A stretch of DNA of 37,868 nt from IMG/VR virus record IMGVR_UViG_3300023223_000189, positions 1 to 37,868 of that record, one strand, 5' to 3'. Under the pieces are notes generated by a model that did not search any database, was not told the origin of the DNA, and saw only the letters and a list, made by a program, of their open reading frames with translations. The number at the start of each line of letters is the position of its first letter. Position 1 is the stretch's first letter. Origin of the DNA: a virus. A program made the translations under genes and the position numbers. Of the stretch, positions 6,076 to 13,387 are shown piece by piece.

Positions 6076-6293
6076 TTCCGTGACTCCAGTTTCTGCCGTA
6101 GCTTGTTAATCGTTTGTGACTGCTTGGCTATCTCATCTTTCTGCTCAAGGATTAGCTCCTGGTCGCGCAGTGCATTGGCCTGGTAGTGCTCGATAGTCTT
6201 CGGCATCGGCTCACCTTTAGCAGGGGTAACCGTATTGCCGTCTCGACAAACCTGGTCATAGCCTGCGTCTGGATCATATCTATCTATACCCAT
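6072..6293 (-). CDS. Hypothetical coiled-coil protein
   Basis: 73 aa, coupled starts and stops. Confidence 0.55.
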   Translation of the reverse strand: MGIDRYDPDAGYDQVCRDGNTVTPAKGEPMPKTIEHYQANALRDQELILEQKDEIAKQSQTINKLRQKLESRK

Positions 6294-6553
6294 TATTTCT
6301 CTTCCTTAGCTGCTGATAGCATGGCTTTGTATATGTCATAGTTCAGTTCTTCTGGCGCGATGCTAAAGCAATCATTAATATGCCTTGCTTCCTGCATCAT
6401 TGCATCTGTAGGATCTTCAGGCACTATTACCTTGCCTTCTAGGTGCTTATTGATTATGGCAATTGCATCCTCTACATCAAGACAAGTTACTCCTTGCCCA
6501 TAATGAAAGTTTGCTGCCTGTACTAGCTCATCAATCATCTCCTGCTTGCTCAT
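6293..6553 (-). CDS. Hypothetical protein
   Basis: 86 aa, coupled starts and stops. Confidence 0.55.
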   Translation of the reverse strand: MSKQEMIDELVQAANFHYGQGVTCLDVEDAIAIINKHLEGKVIVPEDPTDAMMQEARHINDCFSIAPEELNYDIYKAMLSAAKEEK

Positions 6554-6774
6554 ACGTTTTTATCCTTATGGTAAGTAACTGCCCCGACACGCTTCACCAT
6601 TCCCATCATGTTTAGAATCGCCTTAGATGGCGGCTTATGGCCGTTTAGCACCTGACCTATATATTGACGACTAACGCCTAGCACTTTGGCCACTGCGGCG
6701 GCTGGCGACGGATCATCACCATAATAGAATGCGATGTGTACCGCCATTGCCTGTCTGAATTTCTTCTCGTTCAT
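6550..6774 (-). CDS. Cro/YdaS-like HTH regulator
   Basis: VAKVLGVSRQYIGQVLNGHKPPSKAI is an HTH pattern like Cro/YdaS. GGAGG Shine-Dalgarno is present. It is the first gene of the inverted cassette. Confidence 0.7.
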   Translation of the reverse strand: MNEKKFRQAMAVHIAFYYGDDPSPAAAVAKVLGVSRQYIGQVLNGHKPPSKAILNMMGMVKRVGAVTYHKDKNV

Positions 6775-6799
6775 TACTGCCTCCTATTAAGTTGAGATA

Positions 6800-6828
6800 A
6801 TAATAAACAATAAGGGGTTGCAGTGCAA
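6800..6828 (-). promoter_or_regulatory. Leftward sigma70-like promoter TTGCAC-17-TATTAT for the inverted cassette
   Basis: On the minus strand, -35 is at 6828-6823 and -10 at 6805-6800. Confidence 0.5.
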
Positions 6829-6846
6829 GCGGTATTGGTTTATATT
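6818..6846 (+). promoter_or_regulatory. Rightward sigma70-like promoter TTGCAG-17-TATATT for def copy 2
   Basis: -35 at 6818-6823, -10 at 6841-6846. The two -35 boxes together form the palindrome TTGCAGTGCAA (6818-6828). Confidence 0.5.
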
Positions 6847-6879
6847 CATTCCATCACTTGCGGTATGGAGCAAAACAGA

Positions 6880-7314
6880 ATGGCATTAAAGTTTGAAGGA
6901 CACCCAGCACTGAGTAACACGTCAACGGCTGTTGATAGAGGCGACGATGTGCTTTCCACAATTAGCCATATGTGGTCTGTAATGACACAGGAACGAGGAT
7001 GTGGATTAGCAAATAACCAAGTGGGCGGATCGAAAAGAATTATTGTTGTTCACGCCAATGGGTTTCGCCAGGAATTCATAAACCCTATTATCACCAAGCG
7101 ATATGGAGGAAAGATCACTAGCAAGGAGGGGTGCCTATCATTTCCCGGCCTTCAAGTTTCCGTTATTCGTGATAGGAAGATAATCGTTGAGGGGTTTGAT
7201 AAAAATTGGAAGCCGGTTAAATTTAAATTAAAAGGTCTAGCTTCTTGTTGTGTCCAGCATGAAACTGATCATTTGGACGGGGTAACTTTAATTGACCATA
7301 AGGATAAATCATGA
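6880..7314 (+). CDS. def: Peptide deformylase, minimal phage type (copy 2, 144 aa)
   Basis: Motifs GCGLANNQ, EGCLSFPG and QHETDHLDG. It has the same length and the same start context (GGAGCAAAACAGA-ATG) as copy 1. Confidence 0.85.
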   Translation: MALKFEGHPALSNTSTAVDRGDDVLSTISHMWSVMTQERGCGLANNQVGGSKRIIVVHANGFRQEFINPIITKRYGGKITSKEGCLSFPGLQVSVIRDRKIIVEGFDKNWKPVKFKLKGLASCCVQHETDHLDGVTLIDHKDKS

Positions 7315-7586
7315 GCAAGCAAGAAGTAACATTCAAATACCAATTCGGCCAGATTCTTATAACCGTTGTAGCATCTGTCACTCTGGGTAGTCCGGCCAAG
7401 ACATATGGTGAGGCTGAACACTGTCACCCTGCAGAAGACGCCGAGGTTGAGCTTCTAGTCGTGATGGCACCATGGGCAACAAAGATGCAGGCAGAGGACT
7501 ACGGCGTCCCTGAGATGGGCAGATTTCGCGGCCTGGATGATGTATTGAAAGACTTGGCTATTGCCGAAGCCGTGGAGCAAGACTAA
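7311..7586 (+). CDS. Hypothetical protein
   Basis: ATGA overlap with def copy 2. 91 aa. Confidence 0.6.
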   Translation: MSKQEVTFKYQFGQILITVVASVTLGSPAKTYGEAEHCHPAEDAEVELLVVMAPWATKMQAEDYGVPEMGRFRGLDDVLKDLAIAEAVEQD

Positions 7587-7795
7587 TGGAGAGTCACAAT
7601 GCAGATCAAGCCCAACATATTTCTTCTATCTTCGCTATGGCCCCTCCTGTATCTGGATTTGATACGCATCGCGACGAGGGGGAGAGAAGAACCAACATCA
7701 ATAAAAAAGCACGTGCCGAAGCTGCACAATCTCGACGAAAAATGGGACAAGCTGAGCTACGAATCCAATACCAAATCGAGGCGGCTGCAGAATGA
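7586..7795 (+). CDS. Hypothetical basic protein
   Basis: TAATG overlap with the upstream gene. 69 aa. Confidence 0.5.
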   Translation: MESHNADQAQHISSIFAMAPPVSGFDTHRDEGERRTNINKKARAEAAQSRRKMGQAELRIQYQIEAAAE

Positions 7796-7959
7796 CTGAC
7801 TATTATGTTGAAATATGGCAGACATTCCCGTCAACTGGGGTAACTAAAACAATGGGGCCATTTAGTAAATCAAAAGCTTCGCGAGTTGCTGACGGGGTTG
7901 AGATGAATCTTGATGAAGAGTTTTATTCTGTTCTTATAGTTAGTGATGAAGATGAGTGA
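7792..7959 (+). CDS. Hypothetical 55-aa protein (below ORF-track cutoff)
   Basis: Hand translation MTDYYVEIWQTFPSTGVTKTMGPFSKSKASRVADGVEMNLDEEFYSVLIVSDEDE. ATGA overlap upstream and ATGAGTGA overlap downstream. Confidence 0.5.
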   Translation: MTDYYVEIWQTFPSTGVTKTMGPFSKSKASRVADGVEMNLDEEFYSVLIVSDEDE

Positions 7960-8164
7960 CCGAATAGAGAGGCTGAAGCAATCGGATGAGGGTAAGTCTC
8001 GCGCTATGGAGCTGTTCTATTTTCACTCCGACTCTGCCGAGATTCTAAGCCAGTTATCAGAGCAGCCTAACTATGGATTGCTCCGGTTTAGCGTTGTAAT
8101 GAGTGAGATATACCAGCAGATGGCAATTGACGATCAAGCCAAAGAAGACATGAACAAAGCTTAA
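7952..8164 (+). CDS. Hypothetical acidic protein
   Basis: Start chosen at the ATG (7952) that overlaps the upstream stop. Confidence 0.55.
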   Translation: MSDRIERLKQSDEGKSRAMELFYFHSDSAEILSQLSEQPNYGLLRFSVVMSEIYQQMAIDDQAKEDMNKA

Positions 8165-8219
8165 CATTAGCCACCACAATCCAGTGCTACAATATACGCT
8201 CAACTAAGGAGAGAAGACG

Positions 8220-8420
8220 ATGGAAGCAACGCATATTATTAAGCCGCCAGGGGCTCTAAAAGCCTACACAATAGACTTATTGGAAGAGCATACTTCATGT
8301 CTATTTATTGTTAAAACTGACGGAAATTACTGCGGCCCTACATCTTATAGCGAAGATTGGGCAATATACCTACACAACGAAATGTTCAGTAAGGCTCGCG
8401 GAGCATACGACTATGAGTAG
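8220..8420 (+). CDS. Hypothetical protein
   Basis: AAGGAG Shine-Dalgarno. 66 aa. Confidence 0.6.
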   Translation: MEATHIIKPPGALKAYTIDLLEEHTSCLFIVKTDGNYCGPTSYSEDWAIYLHNEMFSKARGAYDYE

Positions 8421-8604
8421 CGAGCAGGAATTACTAGAAGAGCTTAGCCGTCAATATGCTGGTGATGGTCAGGGTTATTATTTGGCTGAGCTTCAGTTAA
8501 TTCTGAAGGGGAAGATTCAAAGCGATATCACTGATGACCATGTATCTGCATTGCATACTGAGATGGTTAATCGCAACCAGGTTAAAATGGAGTTGTCGCT
8601 GTGA
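8413..8604 (+). CDS. Hypothetical protein
   Basis: ATG 8413 overlaps the upstream stop. The longer 8308 start lies inside the upstream gene. Confidence 0.55.
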   Translation: MSSEQELLEELSRQYAGDGQGYYLAELQLILKGKIQSDITDDHVSALHTEMVNRNQVKMELSL

Positions 8605-9065
8605 GCATTACAGATCAGCTTAAGCAGCCCTTCAATCCCTCTGTGGTTCATTGGCGCGTAGGATCAACCAACGCCAAGAAGCTTGGCTGCAAGCCGTGGC
8701 AGGCTACAAAGGGCATTGCACTGGCCTATATCGACGCCAGGGACGTTATGAAGCGCTTGGACGATGTATGCGGCGACCTCTGGCAAGTTGAGTACCCCTT
8801 TGATGGCTGCTGTCGTATTGGCATTAAAATTGACAACGAGTGGATTTGGCGTAGCAATGGAGCCGGTGAAACTCAAGTCGAGGGTGAAAAGGGTAAGTTC
8901 TCCGATGCATTCAAGAGGGCCGCCGTGCTTTGGGGGGTTGGTCGATACCTGTATTACCTCCCGAATACTTGGTGTGATTTGAGTAACGGAAAGATTGTTA
9001 AAACTCCAGCATTGCCCACTTGGGCTCTACCACAAGGAAAGAAAGATGACCAAAGTCATACTTGA
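8601..9065 (+). CDS. Rad52-family single-strand annealing protein
   Basis: GEKGKFSDAFKRAAVLWGVGRYLY matches the conserved Rad52/Rad22 segment (K.A.sDa.KRA...G.G). GTGA-coupled start. Confidence 0.6.
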   Translation: MSITDQLKQPFNPSVVHWRVGSTNAKKLGCKPWQATKGIALAYIDARDVMKRLDDVCGDLWQVEYPFDGCCRIGIKIDNEWIWRSNGAGETQVEGEKGKFSDAFKRAAVLWGVGRYLYYLPNTWCDLSNGKIVKTPALPTWALPQGKKDDQSHT

Positions 9066-9720
9066 CATAGAAACCTTACCTACTCAGCCAGAAGAAGAAG
9101 CAAAATCACAGATTGCCAAGACTACTCAGCATCCTGCAGCCATGAAGAAGCCCGAGACAATCGATGCTTGGCACAAAGGTCTTGATAAGTATGCCGGCGC
9201 TAAAGATGCGGCCATTGAGGATGAATACCGGAAGTCTTCTTTTGATGGCGGTAAGGGTGAGATTTGCTCTATTGCTTGGAAGGTTGAAGGTGCGGATTTT
9301 TGCTCCCTTTCTAGAGGTGGGCATGACGAGATAGACATGATTGGTGTTTTCTTTGACCTTGCTTCATTTAAATGCAATGGCCGCCCTCCTTTCTTCATCG
9401 GTCACAATATCCCTTTCGACCTGCAATTCATCTGGCGGCGCGCTGTAATCCTTGGCGTTAAACCTCCATTTGCGCTGCCCTTTGATGGCCGACACGGCAA
9501 AGACTATTACGACACAATGCAGGCATGGGCTGGGTACAATAAGCGTATCAGCCAGGATAATCTCTGCAAGGCGCTGGGCATTGAAGGCAAGCCAGGTGAT
9601 ATCAGTGGCGCTAATGTGTGGGATCATTATAAGAAGGGAGACATCGCCCGTATTGAAGAGTACAACCGTTCAGATGTCGAAACGGTAGAGAAGATCTATA
9701 ATCGAATCAATTTCATCTAA
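9046..9720 (+). CDS. DnaQ-like (PolB-exo-type) 3'-5' exonuclease
   Basis: The N-terminus MTKVILDIETLP contains the DxE ExoI motif, and HNIPFDLQFI is ExoII-like. AAGGAA Shine-Dalgarno lies before ATG 9046. Confidence 0.6.
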   Translation: MTKVILDIETLPTQPEEEAKSQIAKTTQHPAAMKKPETIDAWHKGLDKYAGAKDAAIEDEYRKSSFDGGKGEICSIAWKVEGADFCSLSRGGHDEIDMIGVFFDLASFKCNGRPPFFIGHNIPFDLQFIWRRAVILGVKPPFALPFDGRHGKDYYDTMQAWAGYNKRISQDNLCKALGIEGKPGDISGANVWDHYKKGDIARIEEYNRSDVETVEKIYNRINFI

Positions 9721-9736
9721 TCCCAGGTCGGGTACT

Positions 9737-9760
9737 GCCCTGCTAGCGTGGGGCTTTTTT
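9737..9760 (+). terminator. Intrinsic terminator
   Basis: GCCCT-GCTAGCGT-GGGGC followed by TTTTTT. Confidence 0.55.
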
Positions 9761-9775
9761 ATTAAGGGAAATATT

Positions 9776-9988
9776 GTGGCTAAGATTAAAGGAACTATTA
9801 AGAAGATTACTTATCACGTAATTGATCTAGATACAGATGATTACATTGATAATGATGCCAAAATAAATGATGTATTTGATTTTTTCGAATCGGTAAAAGA
9901 AGATCCTATGGATTTTGCTGAGGAGTTTATTGAGCGAATCGGTAACAACGCAGAAATTGAAGTTCAATCAATCAAAATTGAAGATTAA
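9776..9988 (+). CDS. Very acidic 70-aa protein
   Basis: GTG start after AAGGGAA. Asp/Glu-rich throughout (DLDTDDYIDNDAKINDVFDFFESVKEDPMDFAEEFIE). Confidence 0.55.
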   Translation: MAKIKGTIKKITYHVIDLDTDDYIDNDAKINDVFDFFESVKEDPMDFAEEFIERIGNNAEIEVQSIKIED

Positions 9989-9999
9989 GGAGAATTATC

Positions 10000-10176
10000 T
10001 TGCTGGTACTTTCCAGGCGCGTTGGAGAAGTTTTATATATTGGTGACGATGTGAAGATCACCGTTTTAAGCATAAGCGGCCAGCAGGCCAGGGTTGGAAT
10101 TTCTGCTCCTGATGATGTGCTTATATTGCGTGAAGAAGTAAAATTGCGAAACGAGCGCGAAGAAAATGAACGTTGA
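10000..10176 (+). CDS. csrA: CsrA/RsmA-family RNA-binding translational regulator (58 aa, TTG start, absent from ORF track)
   Basis: Hand translation LLVLSRRVGEVLYIGDDVKITVLSISGQQARVGISAPDDVLILREEVKLRNEREENER aligns position-for-position with E. coli CsrA [54 protein letters not shown] lies at 9987-9992. Confidence 0.8.
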   Translation: MLVLSRRVGEVLYIGDDVKITVLSISGQQARVGISAPDDVLILREEVKLRNEREENER

Positions 10177-10495
10177 TATCACAGACAAGCGAGTTGAGAC
10201 GGCTATCAAATACCTAGCGTCAACCGATGAGTCTCATGCGCGCGAGAGGGCTAACTATCACGCCTTAGAGCAGCTTCGCAAGACGGTAAGGGCTCAGTGC
10301 TTCGGAGATGCTAAAGGTGGCGTGAAGGAGCGGGAAATGGCTGCTGAGTGCGACCCTATCTACATTGAGCATATCGAGCGCATCAAGCAGGCTGAATTCG
10401 AGTTTCATCATACTCACAACAAGCGAAAGCTGGCTGAATTGACTGTTGAGATGTATCGAACAATGTCGGCTAATCAGCGTAAGGGGAATATATGA
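10166..10495 (+). CDS. Hypothetical helical protein, translationally coupled to csrA
   Basis: The ATG lies 11 nt inside the csrA 3' end. 109 aa. Confidence 0.6.
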   Translation: MNVDITDKRVETAIKYLASTDESHARERANYHALEQLRKTVRAQCFGDAKGGVKEREMAAECDPIYIEHIERIKQAEFEFHHTHNKRKLAELTVEMYRTMSANQRKGNI

Positions 10496-11031
10496 AGGCT
10501 CTAAAGCAGAAGAAGTGCAAAGCCTGCCGTGAGCTATTCACCCCGTTTAACTCAATGACTAAGGCGTGCTCTGTTAAGTGCGCCCTGGTTGTTGCAAAAG
10601 ACTCTAAAGATAAGGAGTATCGACGTGAAACAAAGCGACTCAAGCAAAAAATCAAGTTTAAATCCTGCTGGCTTTCTGAGGCTCAGACAGAGTTTAACAA
10701 GTTTATTCGGCTTCGTGATATGGATAAGCCTTGCATTAGTTGCGGTAGGCATCATGACGGGCAATACCATGCTGGCCATTATAGGACTGTCGGAGCTCAT
10801 CCTGAGCTGCGTTTCACTGAGACAAATTGTCATAAGCAGTGCGCCCCATGCAATAACCACAAGAGCGGAAATATTGTTGAGTATCGTATTAATCTTGCTA
10901 AGCGCCTCACTAGCTCTCAGCTCCACTGGCTAGAAGGCCCGCACAAGCCTTTAAAGCTAACCATAGACGATATCAAGGCTATTAAAGAGAAGTACAATCG
11001 AAAGTATAAAGAGCTTAAGGAGATGGAATGA
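10492..11031 (+). CDS. ninG: NinG/Rap-family recombination endonuclease
   Basis: KKCKACRELFTP...AQTEFNKFIRLRD...PCISCG...GHY...CAPCN matches the lambda NinG pattern. Confidence 0.75.
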   Translation: MKALKQKKCKACRELFTPFNSMTKACSVKCALVVAKDSKDKEYRRETKRLKQKIKFKSCWLSEAQTEFNKFIRLRDMDKPCISCGRHHDGQYHAGHYRTVGAHPELRFTETNCHKQCAPCNNHKSGNIVEYRINLAKRLTSSQLHWLEGPHKPLKLTIDDIKAIKEKYNRKYKELKEME

Positions 11032-11210
11032 AGCACTACGACGATAGAGATATTATGCAGCTTGATGAGGCTGGCGACTTTTACACTAATCATGTAATGG
11101 CTATGACTGCAGAAAAGCTACATTCAAAATCAGATATAGCTGCAGAACTTGGCTGGCGCGACATGGAGATTGACAGGCTCAAATGCATGCTGGATTTTCA
11201 TTCGCCATAA
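11028..11210 (+). CDS. Hypothetical protein
   Basis: ATGA overlap with ninG. 60 aa. Confidence 0.55.
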   Translation: MKHYDDRDIMQLDEAGDFYTNHVMAMTAEKLHSKSDIAAELGWRDMEIDRLKCMLDFHSP

Positions 11211-11283
11211 CATTACGAAAGTTTAAGAGTATAAAATCGTATGGCTGCTATTGTATACACACTAACTTATTAAGGGGAAAGGA

Positions 11284-11445
11284 ATGAACGAAGTAATCAC
11301 ACATCTCGCCGGTACTATCGCTGTATATGGATCTTTCTATAGTGTCTGCTCAGTTTTGAGCAGTATTAAAACCGGGAACCAACTTGAGCTGTTTATTGCT
11401 CCACTTTCTGCATCGCTAGCAATAGGATATTTAATAGCATATTAA
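11284..11445 (+). CDS. 53-aa two-helix membrane protein (below ORF-track cutoff)
   Basis: Hand translation MNEVITHLAGTIAVYGSFYSVCSVLSSIKTGNQLELFIAPLSASLAIGYLIAY. AAGGGGAAAGGA Shine-Dalgarno. It is followed by the hairpin GGGGT-TTCG-GCCCC. Confidence 0.45.
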   Translation: MNEVITHLAGTIAVYGSFYSVCSVLSSIKTGNQLELFIAPLSASLAIGYLIAY

Positions 11446-11497
11446 CCAATGGGGTTTCGGCCCCTAATCAATCGCATAGGTAAGGATAGCAGCTGTC

Positions 11498-11722
11498 ATG
11501 GAAATTGAAGATATTGCAAATCAAGTGATGTTTGGCAGGGTGACAATGTCAGAGATTATTAAATCTGAGGGGCTTGAGTATAGAAAGGGTAAAAGCATAA
11601 CTGATGTAAGAAAGGCATTGGAAAAAGCCTTTAAGAAAGGACAGCAGAAGACAGAGCTTGAGATTGGATTATTTGAGATATATTTCTCACAGCTTTTTAA
11701 GAAAACTAGAATCAATAAATAG
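11498..11722 (+). CDS. Hypothetical protein
   Basis: 74 aa ORF in the co-oriented gene array. Confidence 0.5.
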   Translation: MEIEDIANQVMFGRVTMSEIIKSEGLEYRKGKSITDVRKALEKAFKKGQQKTELEIGLFEIYFSQLFKKTRINK

Positions 11723-11737
11723 CCGGAGTAAACTGCT

Positions 11738-11983
11738 ATGTGCAAGAAATACGTAACACCTCACAACCAGCTGTCAGACCTCGAACAAGAGGCGCTACGG
11801 GCTAAGTTCAGCAAGGGTAGCCCTGACAAGCATCGAGCTATATTCTGCCATGACACGCGCACTATGATCCTAGCAGCCCCCTTTCATGTACCCATGCAGA
11901 AAACTAAGCAGGCCATCCAAGGAATGATTAACCTGTATTCTCCTGACCGTATCGAGATTACAGCATTGCCGAGGGCTGTGTAA
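11738..11983 (+). CDS. Hypothetical protein
   Basis: GGAG Shine-Dalgarno. 81 aa. Confidence 0.55.
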   Translation: MCKKYVTPHNQLSDLEQEALRAKFSKGSPDKHRAIFCHDTRTMILAAPFHVPMQKTKQAIQGMINLYSPDRIEITALPRAV

Positions 11984-12357
11984 TGAGGGATATAAGATTT
12001 CGCGCATGGGATAAAGCAACTAAATCAATGGTTGATTCGACAACTCATTCATCGTGGAAATTTTATCTACTCGATGGAGGGAGCTCCATTGATCAAGTTT
12101 GGGCCACCAAGGATCTAGAGCTAATGCAATTCACCGGCCTAAAGGATATGAACGGTGTCGAGATTTATTCGGGGGATATCATACGGCTGTACCCTGACGA
12201 AATTGGTTTCTCCTATTTAAAGGAAGTGGTAGCGGCTGAAGATAGGCCAACACTTGGATTTGAAGGATCTGGAGCTATATTGTGTGAAGGGAATTCCTCG
12301 ATCATGCTTGTGGTCGGTAATATTCATCAGGATAAAGAATTACTGGAGGCGTCATGA
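11983..12357 (+). CDS. YopX-family protein
   Basis: MRDIRFRAWDK...LMQFTGLKDMNGVEIYSGDII is the typical YopX N-terminal pattern. Confidence 0.7.
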   Translation: MRDIRFRAWDKATKSMVDSTTHSSWKFYLLDGGSSIDQVWATKDLELMQFTGLKDMNGVEIYSGDIIRLYPDEIGFSYLKEVVAAEDRPTLGFEGSGAILCEGNSSIMLVVGNIHQDKELLEAS

Positions 12358-12761
12358 CAGATAAAGATTGCATAAAGCATCAGTTATTAAAAGCCCTGTC
12401 GTGCAATCAATTCCTGACCAGTAGTGAGGCATGGGGAAAACTTACGGTTAGCTGTACAAAGCTTGAAGTTTCCAAGATTATGTTAGAGCTCCACGAAGAG
12501 GGGAAGGTATCGCACCGAAGAACTGGAAAGAAGCGGCCTTATATTTACTGGGTAGATCTGATCAATATTGAGCCTGTTCCTGAATCTGCAAGAGTTCGCT
12601 GTGATCCAGTAATCGGCAGTGATGTATCGTATTCAGCATGGGGCCACTTTCGACAGGTGCTTTTCAAGGCTCAATACAAGGTACTTGCACCCGCTGCATT
12701 TGTCTTTGGTGTCGGTATAATGGCAGTATTTGACATGATAGTTAACGCCATATCTGGCTAA
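12354..12761 (+). CDS. Hypothetical protein with winged-helix-like N-domain and C-terminal transmembrane helix
   Basis: GGAGG Shine-Dalgarno. The C-terminal hydrophobic stretch is LAPAAFVFGVGIMAVFDMIV. Confidence 0.5.
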   Translation: MTDKDCIKHQLLKALSCNQFLTSSEAWGKLTVSCTKLEVSKIMLELHEEGKVSHRRTGKKRPYIYWVDLINIEPVPESARVRCDPVIGSDVSYSAWGHFRQVLFKAQYKVLAPAAFVFGVGIMAVFDMIVNAISG

Positions 12762-12771
12762 GGATTTGAGC

Positions 12772-13020
12772 ATGAATGCTCAGGTGATAAGTATCAACAA
12801 CAGAATAGAGCAGCGATCAAACCGGGCCATGGCAAGGCGTCTAAATAATCAGGCTGAGCGTGTTAAGGCTATGAGAGTCAAGCTTGAGGAGGACTCGTTT
12901 GACCTATTCCTGGCCGGAGTTAACCCGCAGGAAGTCATGCGATTCTCTAAGCATCTTCGCGCTGTGTACGGGGATTTAAAAGAAGCGGCAATTGGGGGGA
13001 ATATCGATGTCAATATTTAG
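12772..13020 (+). CDS. Hypothetical protein
   Basis: ATG 12772 lies 7 nt after AAGGA. Confidence 0.5.
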   Translation: MNAQVISINNRIEQRSNRAMARRLNNQAERVKAMRVKLEEDSFDLFLAGVNPQEVMRFSKHLRAVYGDLKEAAIGGNIDVNI

Positions 13021-13387
13021 CAGGGTGGCCGGAGCATTCCTCGGCACAGACAAGGCTGTATCGGGCGTGATGGATATCGCCAAGAAGGGTATGGATATCT
13101 GGGACATGTCCAAGCTGACGCATCAGGAGCGTCTTCAGGCTTTCGTTATCGCCGTCAAGGCAACGGCAAGCAAAGAGACTGCAATCTCCCGCAGGATCAT
13201 CGTGTGGTCTCTGACGGCTATGATCTCATTCTGCTTGGTTGTCGGAACCATCTGGATTGGCCTTGGATCGACCGAGAAGGTGGACCAGCTTGTATTGCTA
13301 GTTGAGGCGCTGAAGATTGGCTGGGGATGGGGTGTTAGCTTGACGTTCTACTTCCTGGCTCATTTGACGATTGGGGGCAAGAAATGA
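13007..13387 (+). CDS. Putative holin (GTA-holin-3TM-like)
   Basis: The N-terminus MSIFSRVAGAFLGTDKAVSGVMDIAKKG... followed by C-terminal transmembrane helices resembles the GTA_holin_3TM family. It heads the lysis cassette. Confidence 0.5.
   Translation: MSIFSRVAGAFLGTDKAVSGVMDIAKKGMDIWDMSKLTHQERLQAFVIAVKATASKETAISRRIIVWSLTAMISFCLVVGTIWIGLGSTEKVDQLVLLVEALKIGWGWGVSLTFYFLAHLTIGGKK

Noticed and set aside
5078-7314. Deformylase genes as host-DNA contamination or chimeric assembly
   Set aside because: Both copies are start/stop-coupled to flanking phage genes and share the truncated phage-type C-terminus. They also differ from each other mostly by synonymous changes. Read-level validation is still recommended.
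8995-9045. Longer N-terminal extension of the exonuclease gene (start at 8995)
   Set aside because: The extension lies inside the annealase gene and lacks a Shine-Dalgarno. ATG 9046 has AAGGAA upstream and yields the typical ILDIETLP N-terminus.
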